In this document: positions 24,940 through 39,478 of the stretch, in pieces
Layout of the letters: every line of letters starts with the position of its first letter
Position numbering within the stretch: the first letter of the stretch is position 1
Origin: Octopus sinensis
Taxonomy: Eukaryota
Reading direction: 5' to 3'
Assembly (NCBI RefSeq): GCF_006345805.1
Contig: NC_043015.1
Span: forward strand, 50,344,001-50,408,000
DNA length: 64,000 nt
Made by a program: the position numbers and the translations under genes
The notes under the pieces: model-generated
What the model saw: the letters and a program-made list of their open reading frames with translations, nothing else
What the model was told of the DNA's origin: nothing
The model's database searches: none

Positions 24940-26608
24940 TTCTACTCTAATCACAAGGCCAGAAATTTTTTTTGGGGTGGGGTCAGTCGATTAAATCGAC
25001 CCCAGTATGCAACTGGTACTTAATTTATTGGATTAGTTAGAGTTCCATGACTCAGGGATAAACTTTTAAAAACAAAAGCATGACAAATCCTTTGCTGTAA
25101 GATAATCTCTAACAATTACGAACCTATTTACCTCTTACATTGTATTTATTGATTTAACCTGGCAGTAACAGAAAATGGCACAAACGTAAAAAAACTCCAA
25201 ATAATAAAAAAATATGAGGGAGTTACAAATAATTTCTAAATTTTTCTATTGTTGTGTCTCCTGGGTTTTGAATTACAGTTAAACTACATTTCTTCTCGCT
25301 ATTGTCTTCTTTGTTTTCAGCCTCCGTCATGCTTCCTCGCTTTTATTTTCTTATCTTGAAAGAATTAATTGTTTTTGGTTAAACAAACAAACAAACAAAC
25401 AAACAAACAAAAAATGAATAAAATCAATGAAAAAAAATTTCTTTCTGGGTTTTTTTAGTTCAATTCGAAGAAATTTAAGAGAAAAATATTTATCTATTTA
25501 TTTATTTAATTATTTACTTTCTTAATTTCCATGTTCCATCAGATATTGTCTGAGGGGCAATTCCTAAAACATTTGAGATAAAAATAGGAATATCTATAAG
25601 ATCTGATGGTGTTTGGTGATGCTGGTGGTGGTGGTGGGAGGGGAAGGATGTGTCAGATGTAAAGAGCAAGAAAGTAAGTCCAGAACCCCTTTCATTTCTA
25701 AGAGTTTTGCTGTGTTCTTTTAACCAAACATCTAACAGAAAAAAAGAAGGAAAAAGAAAAAAAGGAAAAGAAAAAAAAGAAAGCCAATCTGAAGATCTCT
25801 GATTGATCTTTATTTTAGAATTTCTAAGGAATTATCACTTTATCTCGTAACAAAAGGGAAATGAAAAATATTAGAATGAGAACTGATATCTGAAACAAAT
25901 CTATTTTTATAGACAAATAAGCTAAATATTAGTTTTACCGTAAGTTTAGAAAAATCAACAGAGATAGTAAAATGAAATTGCCGAGAGGAGTGGAAAAATC
26001 CAATATTTCAGACAGAGTCCTACCTCGGGATAAAGTTGACAGGAAGGAAATAAAAGGAAGAAATAAGGATTTTCACATCCTCTCTGTTTGAGAAACTGGC
26101 TGCAGCTGATGAGGAACACATAACGTGACCTTCATATGTAGACAGGGAGTAGGAGGAGAGGAAAGCTTGAAGGAAAGAGAAACGAAATGAGAAGAAGCAG
26201 GCAAAAGTGAGGTGAAGGGAAAAATTGTGGTGGAGGTGTAAGAATAGGAGAAAAATGTTTCATTTAAACGAATTAGTGATTTGGTACAAGTTCAAGCATG
26301 AAATATTATTTCTTGCATTTCCATGAGCATGTGGACTTATGGAGTGTCAAGATGTCGTATGTTGAGAAACGGTTAATGGAACATTCCATCATTCTTGAAG
26401 TGACAGCCTGCTTGGCCAATGTAAAAAGTGTCATAAAGTTTGCAGATAAGACAATATATAAAGATAGAAGAGGTGCGACAGAAGCTCTGTGTAATGAGAT
26501 TCTGTGGCTGAAGCCTGGTGATAGTTGCAGTGTTGTGAAAGCATATAGCTCAAAAGTTAGGGCACTTGGCTCATGATCATAAGGACATGAGTTCGATTCA
26601 AGGTAGTA

Positions 26609-27240
26609 TACTCTTTTACTTGTTTCAGTCATTTGACTGTGGCCATGCTGGAGCACTGCTTTTAGTTGAGCAAATCAACCCCAAGACTTATTCTTTGGAA
26701 GCCTGGTACTTATTCTATCAGTCTCTTTTGCCGAACTGCTAAGTAACGGGGATGTAAATACACCACTATCAGTTATCAAGCGATGTTGGGGGAAGGACAA
26801 ACACAGACACACAAGCATATACAAACACACACATATATATATATATATACGATGGGCTTCTTTCAGTTTCCGTCTACCAAATCCACTCACAAGGCTTTGG
26901 TTGGCCTGAGGCTATAGTAGAAGACACTTGCCCAAGGTGCCACACAGTGGGAATAAACCCAGAACTATGTGGTTGGTAAGCAAGCTACTTACCACACAGC
27001 CACTCCTGCGCCTATGTCGTGTCCCTGAGCAAGACACTTTATTTCACATTGCTCCAGTCCACTCAGCTGGTGAAAATGAGTTGTACCTGTAATTAAAAGG
27101 GCCAGGCCCATCACATTTTGTGTCGTCCTGAATCTCCCTGAGAACTATGTTAAGGGTACGCATGCCTGTGGAGTGCTCAGCCACTTGCAAGTTAATTCCA
27201 CAAGCAAGATGTTCAGTTGCTTGGATCAACCAAGAAAAAG
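26609..27240. mobile_element. Family A SINE (-, 26609-27013) abutting family E SINE (+, 27015-27240)
   Basis: Diagnostic motifs of both families in head-to-head arrangement. Confidence 0.8.
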
Positions 27241-27678
27241 GGCATAGGCACGGCAGGAGCAGCACTGGTGAATTTTGGGAAGCATGGAAGTTTTGAAGGA
27301 TGCAGTGTCCTGTGTCCTGACAGCTAAGAACAGAAACAGAGAATTTATTCTATGGTTTGTCGATGCTGAGTGTCAAAAAAAATTTCTGGAAATTTATGCA
27401 AGTATCTAAATTTAAAGAATTATCAAACATATTTGAAAAAAAAAATACGGATAATATTCGAAGAAAATGTATGTATAAACCACTCTGGCATGAATTTCTA
27501 TAAAGTTCATTCATTTTTTTTCTCAAATTCTTGTGTATTGAACCACAAATATCAATAATGATCAACATTCTATAAAACACTGATGGAATAACATGAGATA
27601 AGATTTATGTACCAGTTGCTGGTATCTTATATGAAAATGGAAATATGAGGAGATAGAATGAGATTCTGTTTTTGACAG

Positions 27679-27730
<52 letters not shown>

Positions 27731-27825
27731 CATATATATACTCACAGTCTTATATAATATATATGCACAAACAGAGATATGTATATGCATACATACATGC
27801 ATACATACATACATACATACATACA

Positions 27826-27858
<33 letters not shown>

Positions 27859-28189
27859 GTATAGCAGAACAGTGTCTTCAAGTGTGTCAGTATGAGGAGT
27901 ATACATAAGCCTATGCTATTGTAATAGAAGAGTATTACCAAAGCTTCAGTGCATACATATATACACATGTAGATATACATATATATGCTTATTAAGGCTA
28001 TCTCTACAGATTTTCTATAGAAATTATAGCCAGCACTGAAAATTTGTAGAGATAAACTTAACAAGTGATTTAATAGCACTGCTAACACAAGACGACACAG
28101 TACTGACTTATAAAGTATTTAATATACTTTGTAGTATATATTATGGTAGCATAATGAAATATGATATCCTTACAAATCATTTACATATA

Positions 28190-28831
28190 CAGGATGTCCC
28201 AAAAGTTACTAATGGGTTTCAATTTTTAATAACTTCTTTAACTTTACAAATAAATGCATGAAATCTTGATACAATATAAAGGACATAATGGAAATTAATA
28301 TGCACAAGTCAGATTTTGCAACACCACTACATCACATATGAAAAATGACATCGCTTAAATGGCAACCATTTTCAGCTTTGCATGCCTGTGAGCTTTCCAA
28401 AACTCGCACCATAACATCCTCAAGAGTTTCAAACCCCACTTCTCGAATTTCTCTATTGATGTGCTCCAGAGTCCCCTGTTTGTTGACATAAACTCTCTCT
28501 TTCAGGTATCCATGATTGAGACCCTTTTTGTGTCCAGTCATTCAAAGTAGACCTCACACAAGGTTCCAGCAATATGAGGGCAACTGCTTATATGACAAGA
28601 GATAAAAATACAGTTTCTACAGCTCCGGAGAGAGAATAATCTCTTGCTATGGCAATGTTGACTGACCTTTATGTTCCCAGACTTGATGAGCTCAAATTTT
28701 TTCTTATGGGGATACCTGAAAGACAGGGTTTATGTCAACAAACCAGAGATCCTGGTGCAACTGAAAGAGAACATCAATAGAGAAATCAGAGAAGTGGGGT
28801 GGGAAACTCTTGAGGGTGTGATGGTGCAAGT
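28190..28831. mobile_element. Decayed Tc1/mariner (DD41D/rosa-like) fold-back remnant
   Basis: TA-CAGGATGTCCCAAAAG terminus. The minus arm encodes GYLKERVYVNKQGTLEHINREIREVGFETLEDVMVRV...GCHLSDVIFH. The plus strand encodes frameshifted FQQ..ATA...GERIIS.YGNVD*P..PDL..NFFLWGYLKDRVYVNKP. The right arm is truncated at ~28831. Confidence 0.8.
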
Positions 28832-29173
28832 GGTCGAGTACACCTCAGCTACAGTCCTCATTCAGAATCATCATGACACAACGACAAGGTTGGACTATTG
28901 TATTACAGGTGCAGTCCATTCAACAGGCTTCCACACAGTTTCCATTGATTCTGTTTCATTCACAAGATGCTATGAGACACATGGGTCTAATCTACTGCAC
29001 TTGCAAGATGTGATGACATACTTGCTTAAGATGCCATGCAGTGGGATTGAACCCGGAGCTTCATGATTGACAGCAAAATCTTTAAATTCTCAGCTATGTC
29101 ATCATCTATGCTCATGCAATTCCTATATATACACAATTCTTTCTCTCTTTATATGCATACAAGCACATGCACG

Positions 29174-29211
<38 letters not shown>

Positions 29212-29427
29212 TCTATATACATGCATATGTATAACTGTAAATATATAAATGTATGTATGCTTAGATGTGAATGAGCATGTGTGTGTATGCACATGTGTGT
29301 ATCTGTATGTATGTATGTATGTATTCATACATACACATGCACAAAAACAAATGTGAATATGTGAATATGTGTGTGTGTGGTTGTATATATACATATATAA
29401 ACATATTTACGCACATACACAAACATA

Positions 29428-29490
<63 letters not shown>

Positions 29491-30202
29491 GTATGCATGT
29501 ATGTATGTATGTATGTATATATATATACTTATGTATGTATGTATATATATATATATATATATACATATATCATCATCATCATCATCGTTTAGCATCCGTT
29601 TTCCATGCTAGCATATATATATATTCATACATATATATACAGGTATGCACAAACACAAATTCATATACATGCACACGTGAGTAAATACCTGTTGTGCATA
29701 TACATACACACATGAAATATTACAAATCTTTTGTAACTAACAAAAAAAAAAAAAGAAAAAACGATCATGTTCAGTGATGGAAATGAATGACGAGAGAATG
29801 AAAGAATAGCAGAATAGAGGAACATGTGAATGAATAAAAGAAGAATTACAAAATGAATGCATTTAGTAATAGCCAACAACACACACATACATGGACAAAA
29901 CACAGCACAGAAACCAGATAAAAAAGGTAAATATTGTGTAGTCGTAGCCGAAGCCAGTGTGTAGAAGGTGTAGAAATAAATAAATGATGACATTCTGTGG
30001 CAGCAGTTGCAGCAGCAGTTGAATGGATTTCCTGAAGATTCTTGAAACTCAGGAAATTTTCCTGATGCATTTTTCCCACAATGCACTTTGGCGAGAAGAA
30101 GTCATTGATTGGTAGAGGTGAGAAATAGATGTGTTTAGGTGTTTTTAGACAGCGAAATGGACTGTGGAGGTAAATAACCCTAACTCTATAAATGGAAGGA
30201 CC

Positions 30203-30290
<88 letters not shown>

Positions 30291-30397
30291 CAGATGGACA
30301 GATGGACAGACAGACAGACAGAATAGCCTTTGGGTGAAGCAATTAGTTGATAAGCCATCTGATGGCATATACCAAGTTTTTAGCTTTATATATACAT

Positions 30398-30440
<43 letters not shown>

Positions 30441-30641
30441 GATGTGTGCATGTTAATGTGTAAATTGCACATGAAAATGGTGAAACGTTACTGGAAAAGC
30501 ACTTAGCACATGGATGTAGAAAATATATCTATATATATTCTCTCGCTCTCTCTTTCTCTGTATGTATGTATACATATATGTGAGTGTATGTGTGTGACTT
30601 TGTATTATATGCGTCTATATCTATGTATCAATGTTTTATAT

Positions 30642-30680
<39 letters not shown>

Positions 30681-30770
30681 TACATTGATACATAGATATA
30701 CACACATATAATACAAAGTTACACACACACTCACATATATGTATACATACATACAGAGAAAGAGAGAGAA

Positions 30771-30811
<41 letters not shown>

Positions 30812-30933
30812 GATAGATATAATGCATATATATACATTATATATATATATATATACATATATATGTATACATTATATATATATATATATACATATGCACA
30901 TATATATATATACATATACATATACATATATAC

Positions 30934-30980
<47 letters not shown>

Positions 30981-31640
30981 TACATATATATATACATATA
31001 CATGTGTGTGCATATATATATAAAATGGAATTAGACTCAATACTGAGTATGACCCCCATACACACACACTCACACCCACACACATGAGAACAGGAAATTA
31101 GTTTTGCACAAAATGGTTTTCCCTCTGGTGAAGATATATTGTAAACCAACAAAGTGACCTGTACATGTTTGTTTGACCCAACAGAAATAACAGCCAAATC
31201 TCTCTCAAGTCACACACTTCAGTCTTGAAATAAGGGAGAACTCAATGAACACTGTTCTGTTTGGTATACAAACAGACAGGGTGGTCACAACTGGAATGTC
31301 TGATCAGATGTCTAGTCAATTGGGGCCACACTGGATCTACCAGTACAATGCACTCCCCATTCCATCAAGGAGAAATTATTGAATGGTGAATATATGTGGT
31401 AAGATCTGGCCTAGGGTTAAATAACTAATTCTAGATGCACAATGTCCCCCTTCCCTGCCACCCACCTGAATCTTTCCAACCAAACTGCCGGAATGTCATT
31501 AATCATCAGTCTACTCTACTTGGTCAGGTCTTAGCCTGGGGTTATACAGCAATAACCATATCCATTAACACACACATACACAAACACACACACAATATAT
31601 ATACACAACAAATCACTAAGTATACATATACTACTATATG

Positions 31641-31690
<50 letters not shown>

Positions 31691-31760
31691 TAATAATAAT
31701 AATCATCATCATCATCATCATCATTTAGCATCCGCTTTCCATGCTAGCATGGGTTGGACC

Positions 31761-31794
<34 letters not shown>

Positions 31795-31877
31795 TAATAA
31801 TAATAATTAATAATAATAATCATCATCATCATCATCATCATTTAGCTTCCGCTTTCCATGCTAGCATGGGTTGGACC

Positions 31878-31910
<33 letters not shown>

Positions 31911-32445
31911 TAATAATAATAATAATGATGATGATAATAATCATGATAAGTTCAAAGATAATGAGATGAAATTTGGTTGACAGCTAATTAGTCTTTTACT
32001 GGATTTTGACAGAACTTGATTATTAATGATCTGATTAATATTAATGATTTGTTTAACATTAATAACTTACTGAATATTAAATTTACTAATAAATGATGGA
32101 TGTGGAGAATTATTGGAAACAGGAACTGTTATGACATTGAGCTATAAATCTATATATTATAGTAGAAATATTGACACATACACACACATATATGAATAAA
32201 TATAAACACACACACATATATATATATACATATACATGAGATGATGTGGTGGTAGTCCCTTGTAGTCAGGAAAGATGGGTTTGAAATTTTATGAAGAAGA
32301 ACTAATAATAAATGATTTGTTTATAAAGGTGAAGTGTTTGTGCTGTACACAAGTCCATCCCCTCCATCAGGCTGATGCTGTCTGTGCAGGTGAACAGTAT
32401 AGCACACATCAGGAGGTGAAGCAATTGCGGAAGAATTTGAGATGA

Positions 32446-32670
32446 GAAGGCGGCAAGCTGGCAGAAACGTTAGCACGCCGGGCGAAATGCATAGCCGTAT
32501 TTCGTCTGCCGTTACGTTCTGAGTTCAAATTCCGCCGAGGTCGACTTTGCCTTTCATCCTTCTGGGGTCGATTAAATAAGTACCAGTTACGCACTGGGGT
32601 CGATATAATCCGTTTGTTTGTCCTTGTTTGTCCTCTCTGTGTTTAGCCCCTTGTGGATAGTAAAGAAATA
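32446..32670 (+). mobile_element. Full-length monomeric family B SINE with 17-bp TSD
   Basis: GGAAGAATTTGAGATGA at 32429-32445 and 32671-32687; element ends TAAAGAAATA. Confidence 0.92.
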
Positions 32671-32862
32671 GGAAGAATTTGAGATGAAGTGTTTTTCTCA
32701 GGAATGCAATACTCCACCTGGTCTAGGAGTTGAAACCTCAAACCTTCAATTGCCTCAACGCAAAGGAAAGTACCTTTTTAGAACTTGACTAAGATAAGAG
32801 GGCTTCTAAGCATGATGTTACTGGAAGTTTAACACTTTATTACTACTCATTTTCAAGTGTAT

Positions 32863-33261
32863 CTCTCTCTTTACTTGTTTCAGTTATTTGACTGTGACCA
32901 TGCTGGAGCACCGCTTTTAGTCGAGCAAATCGACGCCAGGACTTATTCTTTGTAAGCCTAGTACTTATTCTATCGGCCTCTTTTGCCAAACTGCTAAGTT
33001 ACGGTGATGTAAACACACCAGCATTGGTTGTCAAGCAATGTTGGGGGGACAAAGACAGACACACAAACATATACACACACATATATATATATACATATAT
33101 ATGATGAGCTTCTTTCAGTTTCTGTCTACCAAATCCACTCACAAGGCTTTGGTCGGCCTGAGGCTATAGTAGAAGACACTTGCCCAAGGTGCCACGCAGT
33201 GGGACTGAACCCGGAACCATGTGGCTGGTAAACAAGCTACTTACCACACAGTCACTCCTAT
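32863..33261 (-). mobile_element. SINE family A
   Basis: Reverse copy colinear with the other family A members. Confidence 0.88.
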
Positions 33262-33992
33262 GCCAACATATTCTCTAGAGAATTTAAAGCCAGCACTGAA
33301 AATCACAATATTTCGTATATGAATACATATATGTAAACAATGCAATCGAAGATAGAAAAATAGGTAATGGTTGGTGTATATACATATTTCAGGAGTTCTT
33401 GCTCTTTCTTCAGTATCTCATTCAACCCTTTAACCATCCACAAACACATTGATTAAATAGCTACCAAGTTTAGCGGTGTCACGTTATTGCATAAACCAAT
33501 TTATATATTAAATACATTCCTGGCAGCTGGGAATTACATATTAATTGCTGGTAGGGACATCATGTTTTATTTTGCAACAATAATATACTACTGAGGAATG
33601 AAAAGATTATAAGTTAATACTACGTTCTATTTTTCACAGTATTGACTAATAAATCTTTAATATATCTGGCCGTAAATTACGGTTGCAAAACAAAATATGG
33701 TGTTTCTATCAGCAATTAATACTTATTATTGTATTACATTCCAGGTTTGGCATGACAGCTACATATGATATGACAAAGCTTTTGTTGGATAAAGTCTAAT
33801 GCTGACAGTAATAATGAATATGTTGTGATTGTATCCAAAGAGAAATACAGAGTTAGAATTAGGGTGGTATTTAAAGGAAATAGCCGTAGGAAATATAATA
33901 AAGGAGAATGAGAACTGACAGTAAAACCTGAAGAGGGTTTTACAGATGTGAAGAACTGCCTACAAAGACAGTATTTGGTTGTTTCTTCAGTC

Positions 33993-34437
33993 TTAAGACT
34001 TTAGCATTTAAACTGGCCATATCTGTCCCAGATATTCTATCAGTTTTATGTTCAAATTGGCCAGATCCATCCTTTTACACTTACCCTACAATGCCATACT
34101 GAAAATAAACAACCACATCATCGAAATCTCAAAGCTACAAGATAATGCATGATTAATTCAAAACAATGTGAGGTGTAGTTGTGGCAGTGTGCTAAGAAAT
34201 TTCCCAACCACATGGTCCTAGGTTCAGTCTCACTGCATGGCACCTTGGGTAAGTGTCTTCTACTATAATCTCTTTTACTTTTTCACTCATTTGACTACCG
34301 TACAATGTCATTTTAAAAATAAAACAATCACATCACTGAAATCTCAAAGCTATGAAATAATGCAAGATTAATTTAGAAAACAACAGGAATAAACATGCAT
34401 TGCATTCCACAGAATTATCCGAAAGCTAAAGGATTAA
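33993..34437 (+). mobile_element. piggyBac-like MITE (rearranged, contains a SINE fragment)
   Basis: TTAA at 33993-33996 and 34434-34437; ends (G)ACTTTAGC ... GCTAAAGGA. An internal segment is repeated around a family A fragment. Confidence 0.65.
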
Positions 34438-34459
34438 AGCATGAAGGACTAGTTATGAG

Positions 34460-34738
34460 AGTTTGGCTCTGGAGCTGGTGGTACATAAAAGCACCATCCG
34501 ATCGTGGTCGTTTGCCAGCCTCATCTGGCACCTGTGCCGGTGGCACATAAAAAGCACCCACTACACTCACGGAGTGGTTGGCATTAGGAAGGGCATCCAG
34601 CCATAGAAACACTGCCAGATCAGACTGGGCCTGGTGCAGCCTCCTGGCTTCCTAGACTCCAGTTGAACCGTCCAACCCATGCTAGCATGGAAAGCGGACG
34701 CTAAACGATGATGATGATGATGATGATGTGATGATGAT
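34460..34738 (+). mobile_element. SINE family C
   Basis: Two subrepeats, 3' module and (GAT)n tail. Confidence 0.85.
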
Positions 34739-35362
34739 ATAGGGCCTTGCTGACAGAAATGTGAAGCTCAGTCATAGGTGTTGGATCGGAAGGAATTGCT
34801 CAAGTGTGATTCTATGAGATTATTTGGATTCATTTTACTGAGATTGTTGGAGGCAGCACTGAATTGGTGATGATAGATTTTCTAGTCTACCTCTGAAGAC
34901 TTCCCCTGGGTTTCCACAGCAGACTCAGAAGAACATAAGGAATCTGTGACAGTGTATGAAGTAGTCATAGAACTGTTGGGTAATGGCATGAGTGGCAGGC
35001 CTTTCCAGATTGGAAGGCCTGGGGGATAATGTATGAAGAAACACGATTGAGAAATAATGCATAAACCTGGTAAAACAATAGAGACTATTTATGTTTGTAA
35101 ATGCATGTATGGGAATATATGTAGCAATGTATAGAACAGTAAATAATGTATACTAATGTATAGTGAAGTGTTGAAATGCATGGAAGAATTAAATAATATA
35201 CACATATGTATGAGGAAATGTGTTGAAATGTGTAGAGTAAGGTAAGCGATGTGTCAAGGAAAGACAGGATGTAGAAGAGGAATAATTCAATATTACTGAG
35301 TGGAATGTTATTGATGAAGATGTTAATGTAGATGTTAGTATTGATAATGTCATCAATGATGG

Positions 35363-35393
<31 letters not shown>

Positions 35394-35821
35394 AACATAC
35401 AAACAAAATAAATAGTAGAAATAAAGCGAGGTTGATTAGAAGCTTAGCGATGATGGTGAAGTAGTTAAAATTAAGGCCTTCAGAAAATCAAATAAAAGAG
35501 ATGAAGAATCAAAATGTTTCTAGTAGCAGAGAGACATAATCAGATGAAGTTGTTATTGATTTTCTCTGAATTAGTACTTATTGTAGCTTACGAAATGTTC
35601 TTAAGAGCTCTTAATACTTCAATCTATTTTCGGAAGCAGCATTTTCAGAAATGTGTCCAAGAAAAACTCTCTGAGATATCAGCAGATTTTTTTCTTCCCC
35701 CCTCAACAGTTATCAGGAATTTTAACACAAAGTGTGAATAAATAATTAGAAATTCTCAAGTGATGCATTAATCGAACATAGGTTTAAATTATAATCATAG
35801 ATATGTTCATGTAATAATAAT

Positions 35822-35855
<34 letters not shown>

Positions 35856-36476
35856 GGGCTTTGTATATTTGTACCCAAGTGCCATTTTCATAATAGTAAT
35901 AATAATAATCCTTTCTACTAAAGGCACAAGGCCTGAAATTATGGGGTAGGGGCCTAGTCAGGTGAATTGGCCCCTGCACTCAATTGGTACCTAATTTTAT
36001 TGACCCTGAAAGGAAGAAAGGCAAAGTTGACCTCGGTGGAATTTGAACTCAGAATGTAAAGAGAAATAAAATTCTGTTAAGCATTTTGCCTGGTGTGCCA
36101 GCCCAATAATAATAATGATGATGATGATGATGATGATGGTGATGGTGATGGTGGTGGTGGTGGTGGTGGTGGTGATGGTGAATGTGATGGTGAATGTGAT
36201 GGTGATGATGATGATGATGATGATGATAAGTAGTGGCTCTCATGGCTTCTGATCTTAACTGACTGGCAGTGTTATAATGTACATTGCTTTGTCTTGGTAT
36301 AAAAGATGGGCTACAGCAAATATTCTGCTCAATACCACAGATTTGCTTGTCAGTTGTTTGATCTTAATGATAATAATAAGAATGATGATGATAATAATAA
36401 TAGTAATGATGATAATGATAGTAATAATGATAATAATAGTAATAATGATAATAATAATAATAATAACGATGATGAC

Positions 36477-36530
<54 letters not shown>

Positions 36531-37204
36531 AATAATAATAACAATAACATTGATTTTAAGTTTTGGCACAAGGCCAGCAATTTCGAGAGATTACATCAAC
36601 CCCAGAGCTGAATTAGTACTTATTTTATTGACCCTGAAAGGATGAATGTCAAAGTCGACATCAGCGGAATTCAAACTCAGAATGTAAGGACAAATAAAAT
36701 ACTGTCAAGCATTTTATCCAGTGTGGTAACGACTCTCTTTTACTCTTTTACTTGTTTCAGTCATTTGACTGTGGCCATGCTGGAGCACCACCTTTAGTCG
36801 AGCAAATCGGTCCCAAGACTTATTCGTTGTAAGCCGAGTACTTATTCTATCGGTCGACGTAAAGACAGACGAAATACCGCTATGCATTTCACCCAGAGTG
36901 CTAACGTTTCTGCCAGCTTGCCGCCTGTCAGATTGCTGCTAATAAAAATTTAACAGTGAAATAAATTTTCCACATGTAAAAAATTATTATTGCGAGCACG
37001 TGTTTTGTGAGCATTTAAAAGCAGTAACACAAGCAACAAAAACAGAGACTGCCATTTATTAGGCTCCGTGATGTGAACTGGTCTCAGATTTGTGGCTGGA
37101 ACTGAAAAAAAATCTACACCAAACAAGAGTCACAGAAGCTGTCTTAAAATGCACAAATATGCTATTATATTCACTGTAGTTTATTTTGGGGTAATACTCT
37201 ACAC

Positions 37205-37738
37205 CAGTGGTTTCCTAACCTATTTCTTTATTACCCACAAGGGGCTAAACATAGAGGGGACAAACAAAGACAGACATAGGTATTAAGTCGATTACATTGA
37301 CCCCAGTGCATAACTGGTATTTAATTTATCGACCCCGAAAGGATGAAAGGCAAAGTCGACCCCGGCGGAATTTGAACTCAGAACATAACGGCAGACGAAA
37401 TACCGCTAAGCATTTCGTCCAGTGCGCTAATGCTTCTGCCAGCTTACCACCTTTTTGTCGCCCCCTTGGCACCCAAGCCACATTCCTAGTGCCTCCACCC
37501 CAACTACCCATCACAAACAGACCACTTTCTGAAGTAAATTCAAAGCAACTGTATTTCACAAATATAACTTAACCTAATGGACCCATTATTTTGCTGTTTT
37601 TACATGAATTTCCACCCCATTATGCCCCACTTTTTTACATGAATCGCTATCCCATTATCACCCTACTTTTCTTCAATGCCCCTTTGGAACTTTCCACTGC
37701 TCCCAGAGGGGCAATACTACCCACTTAGGGAACCACTG
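37205..37738. mobile_element. hAT (Charlie-like) MITE with a nested family B SINE (~37220-37452, -)
   Basis: Termini CAGTGGTTTCCTAA / TTAGGGAACCACTG. 8-bp flanks CTCTACAC and CTCCATAC (6/8 match). Internal repeated CCCATTAT...TTTTACATGAAT motifs. Confidence 0.7.
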
Positions 37739-37850
37739 CTCCATACTATACTGTCCCCCACACCCCTTCAAAAAGAGTCAGTTAGTCATTTGGCAGATGG
37801 AGACTGAAAGAAGCCTCTCATGCATGTGTGTGCGTGCCTCTCATGCATAA

Positions 37851-37881
<31 letters not shown>

Positions 37882-38099
37882 CGTATGAGTTAGGGTGTAC
37901 CCTTGACTCCACATCAAGTGATGGTTGTGAGTCTTAGCTTCATACAAGCAATGTTGTACCTTTCTAGTCTTCTGTGGAAAACTTGTCTGTCCACGAGGAA
38001 ATATTTAACTTGCATGGAAGCAGGCGAATGTTGGTGACAGGAAAGGCATTCAGCCAAAGGAATTCTGATTTTAAGAAAATTCCATCTGACTCACGCAAG

Positions 38100-38236
38100 C
38101 ATGGAAAAGTGGACATTATACAATCATGATCATCATGGTGGTGGTGGTGGTGCCGGCAGTGATGACGACGATGATAGAGTTGTGGTGGCAATGGCAGCAG
38201 TGATGATGATGGTGATGGTGATGATGATGGTGATGG

Positions 38237-38270
<34 letters not shown>

Positions 38271-39187
38271 AATGATGGAGATGACGATGGTGATGATGAT
38301 GATGATGGTGGTGACGATGACACTAGTGATGATGGTGATGATAATGATGATGATGATGAAGAAGATGACAATGATGATGACGGTGGTGATGACGATAAGC
38401 AGTGGCGATGGAGGCAATAGTTCTTGTGGCAGTGATGGTGGTGGTGATGATGATGATGATGATGATGATGATGACAGCCGGCAACAGAGGTGGTGGACTT
38501 CGACGATGGTTGGAATCAGTGGTTGATACTGGCGATAAAGACGACGACGATAAAGACGACGACAAACACAACACAACAAAACAAAACACAGACATAAACA
38601 AACACAAACAATTTATTTACTAAGCAATACGTCGAAAAATATGCTTAACTTCACTGACTCTTTTGACAGATCTCACCAAATATTAAAGATTTTTTTCACG
38701 TCAATTGTTATTTACTTTTGTTTTGGCTTTTTTAAAAAAATATTATTCGTTATTTGGTTGATTGGGTATCCAGTTTTGTCATATTTATTTTATTTTTTTT
38801 TTGTTTTGTTATTGTTATCCAACATTGTTTTATTTTATTTTATTTTATTTTATTTTAGATTATTTTATTTTTGTTTGTTATTCCATTATTTACTGCCGTT
38901 TCTCTATTTTAGGAACAAAAGTTTTACTTTCCAATAAACTTCACCGATCATGTCTGCGGTCTTCAAGTTACACGGTGCAAAAACAAAAATAAAAATTAAA
39001 AAAACCCCACAAAACAAAAATAACAAAAGACAAACAAACAAACAAATAAACAAACAAAACAATTCCAACAACTTGTCTTGTCTTTCTTTATTTGTATTTT
39101 TTGTTTTGATTTTATTTTGGTTAGTCGAATGATTTCTTGTTTAGAAGTCAACACAAAAATATTTGCACATTGTTATTATTATTATTA

Positions 39188-39223
<36 letters not shown>

Positions 39224-39447
39224 TACTGTGTACAAACTTTTTTATTTGATTATTCAGTCAACAGGCATTGCAGTTGAATAACAAACAGTAAAGGCTACCA
39301 CTGCTACCACCACCACTATCATCTTCATCTTCACTTTTTGCCATCAACTGCATCAGCACTATCACACTACCACCACCACAACCACCACCACCACCACCAC
39401 TGCCATCTCCACCACCACACCACCACCATCACCATAACTGCCATCGA

Positions 39448-39478
<31 letters not shown>

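Noticed and set aside
25543-25673. Strong acceptor and AAA|GTAAGT donor
   Set aside because: Stops in all three frames; at most a non-coding exon, unsupported from sequence alone.
26000-26540. Possible old CR1/Jockey-like 3' fragment on the minus strand
   Set aside because: Resemblance limited to a few residues (SHR...RASVAPL); too weak to call.
30026-30058. CTGAAGA-TTCTT-GAAAC as a hammerhead core
   Set aside because: No stem II is possible; it is explained as a simple TTCCTGA/TCAGGAA hairpin.
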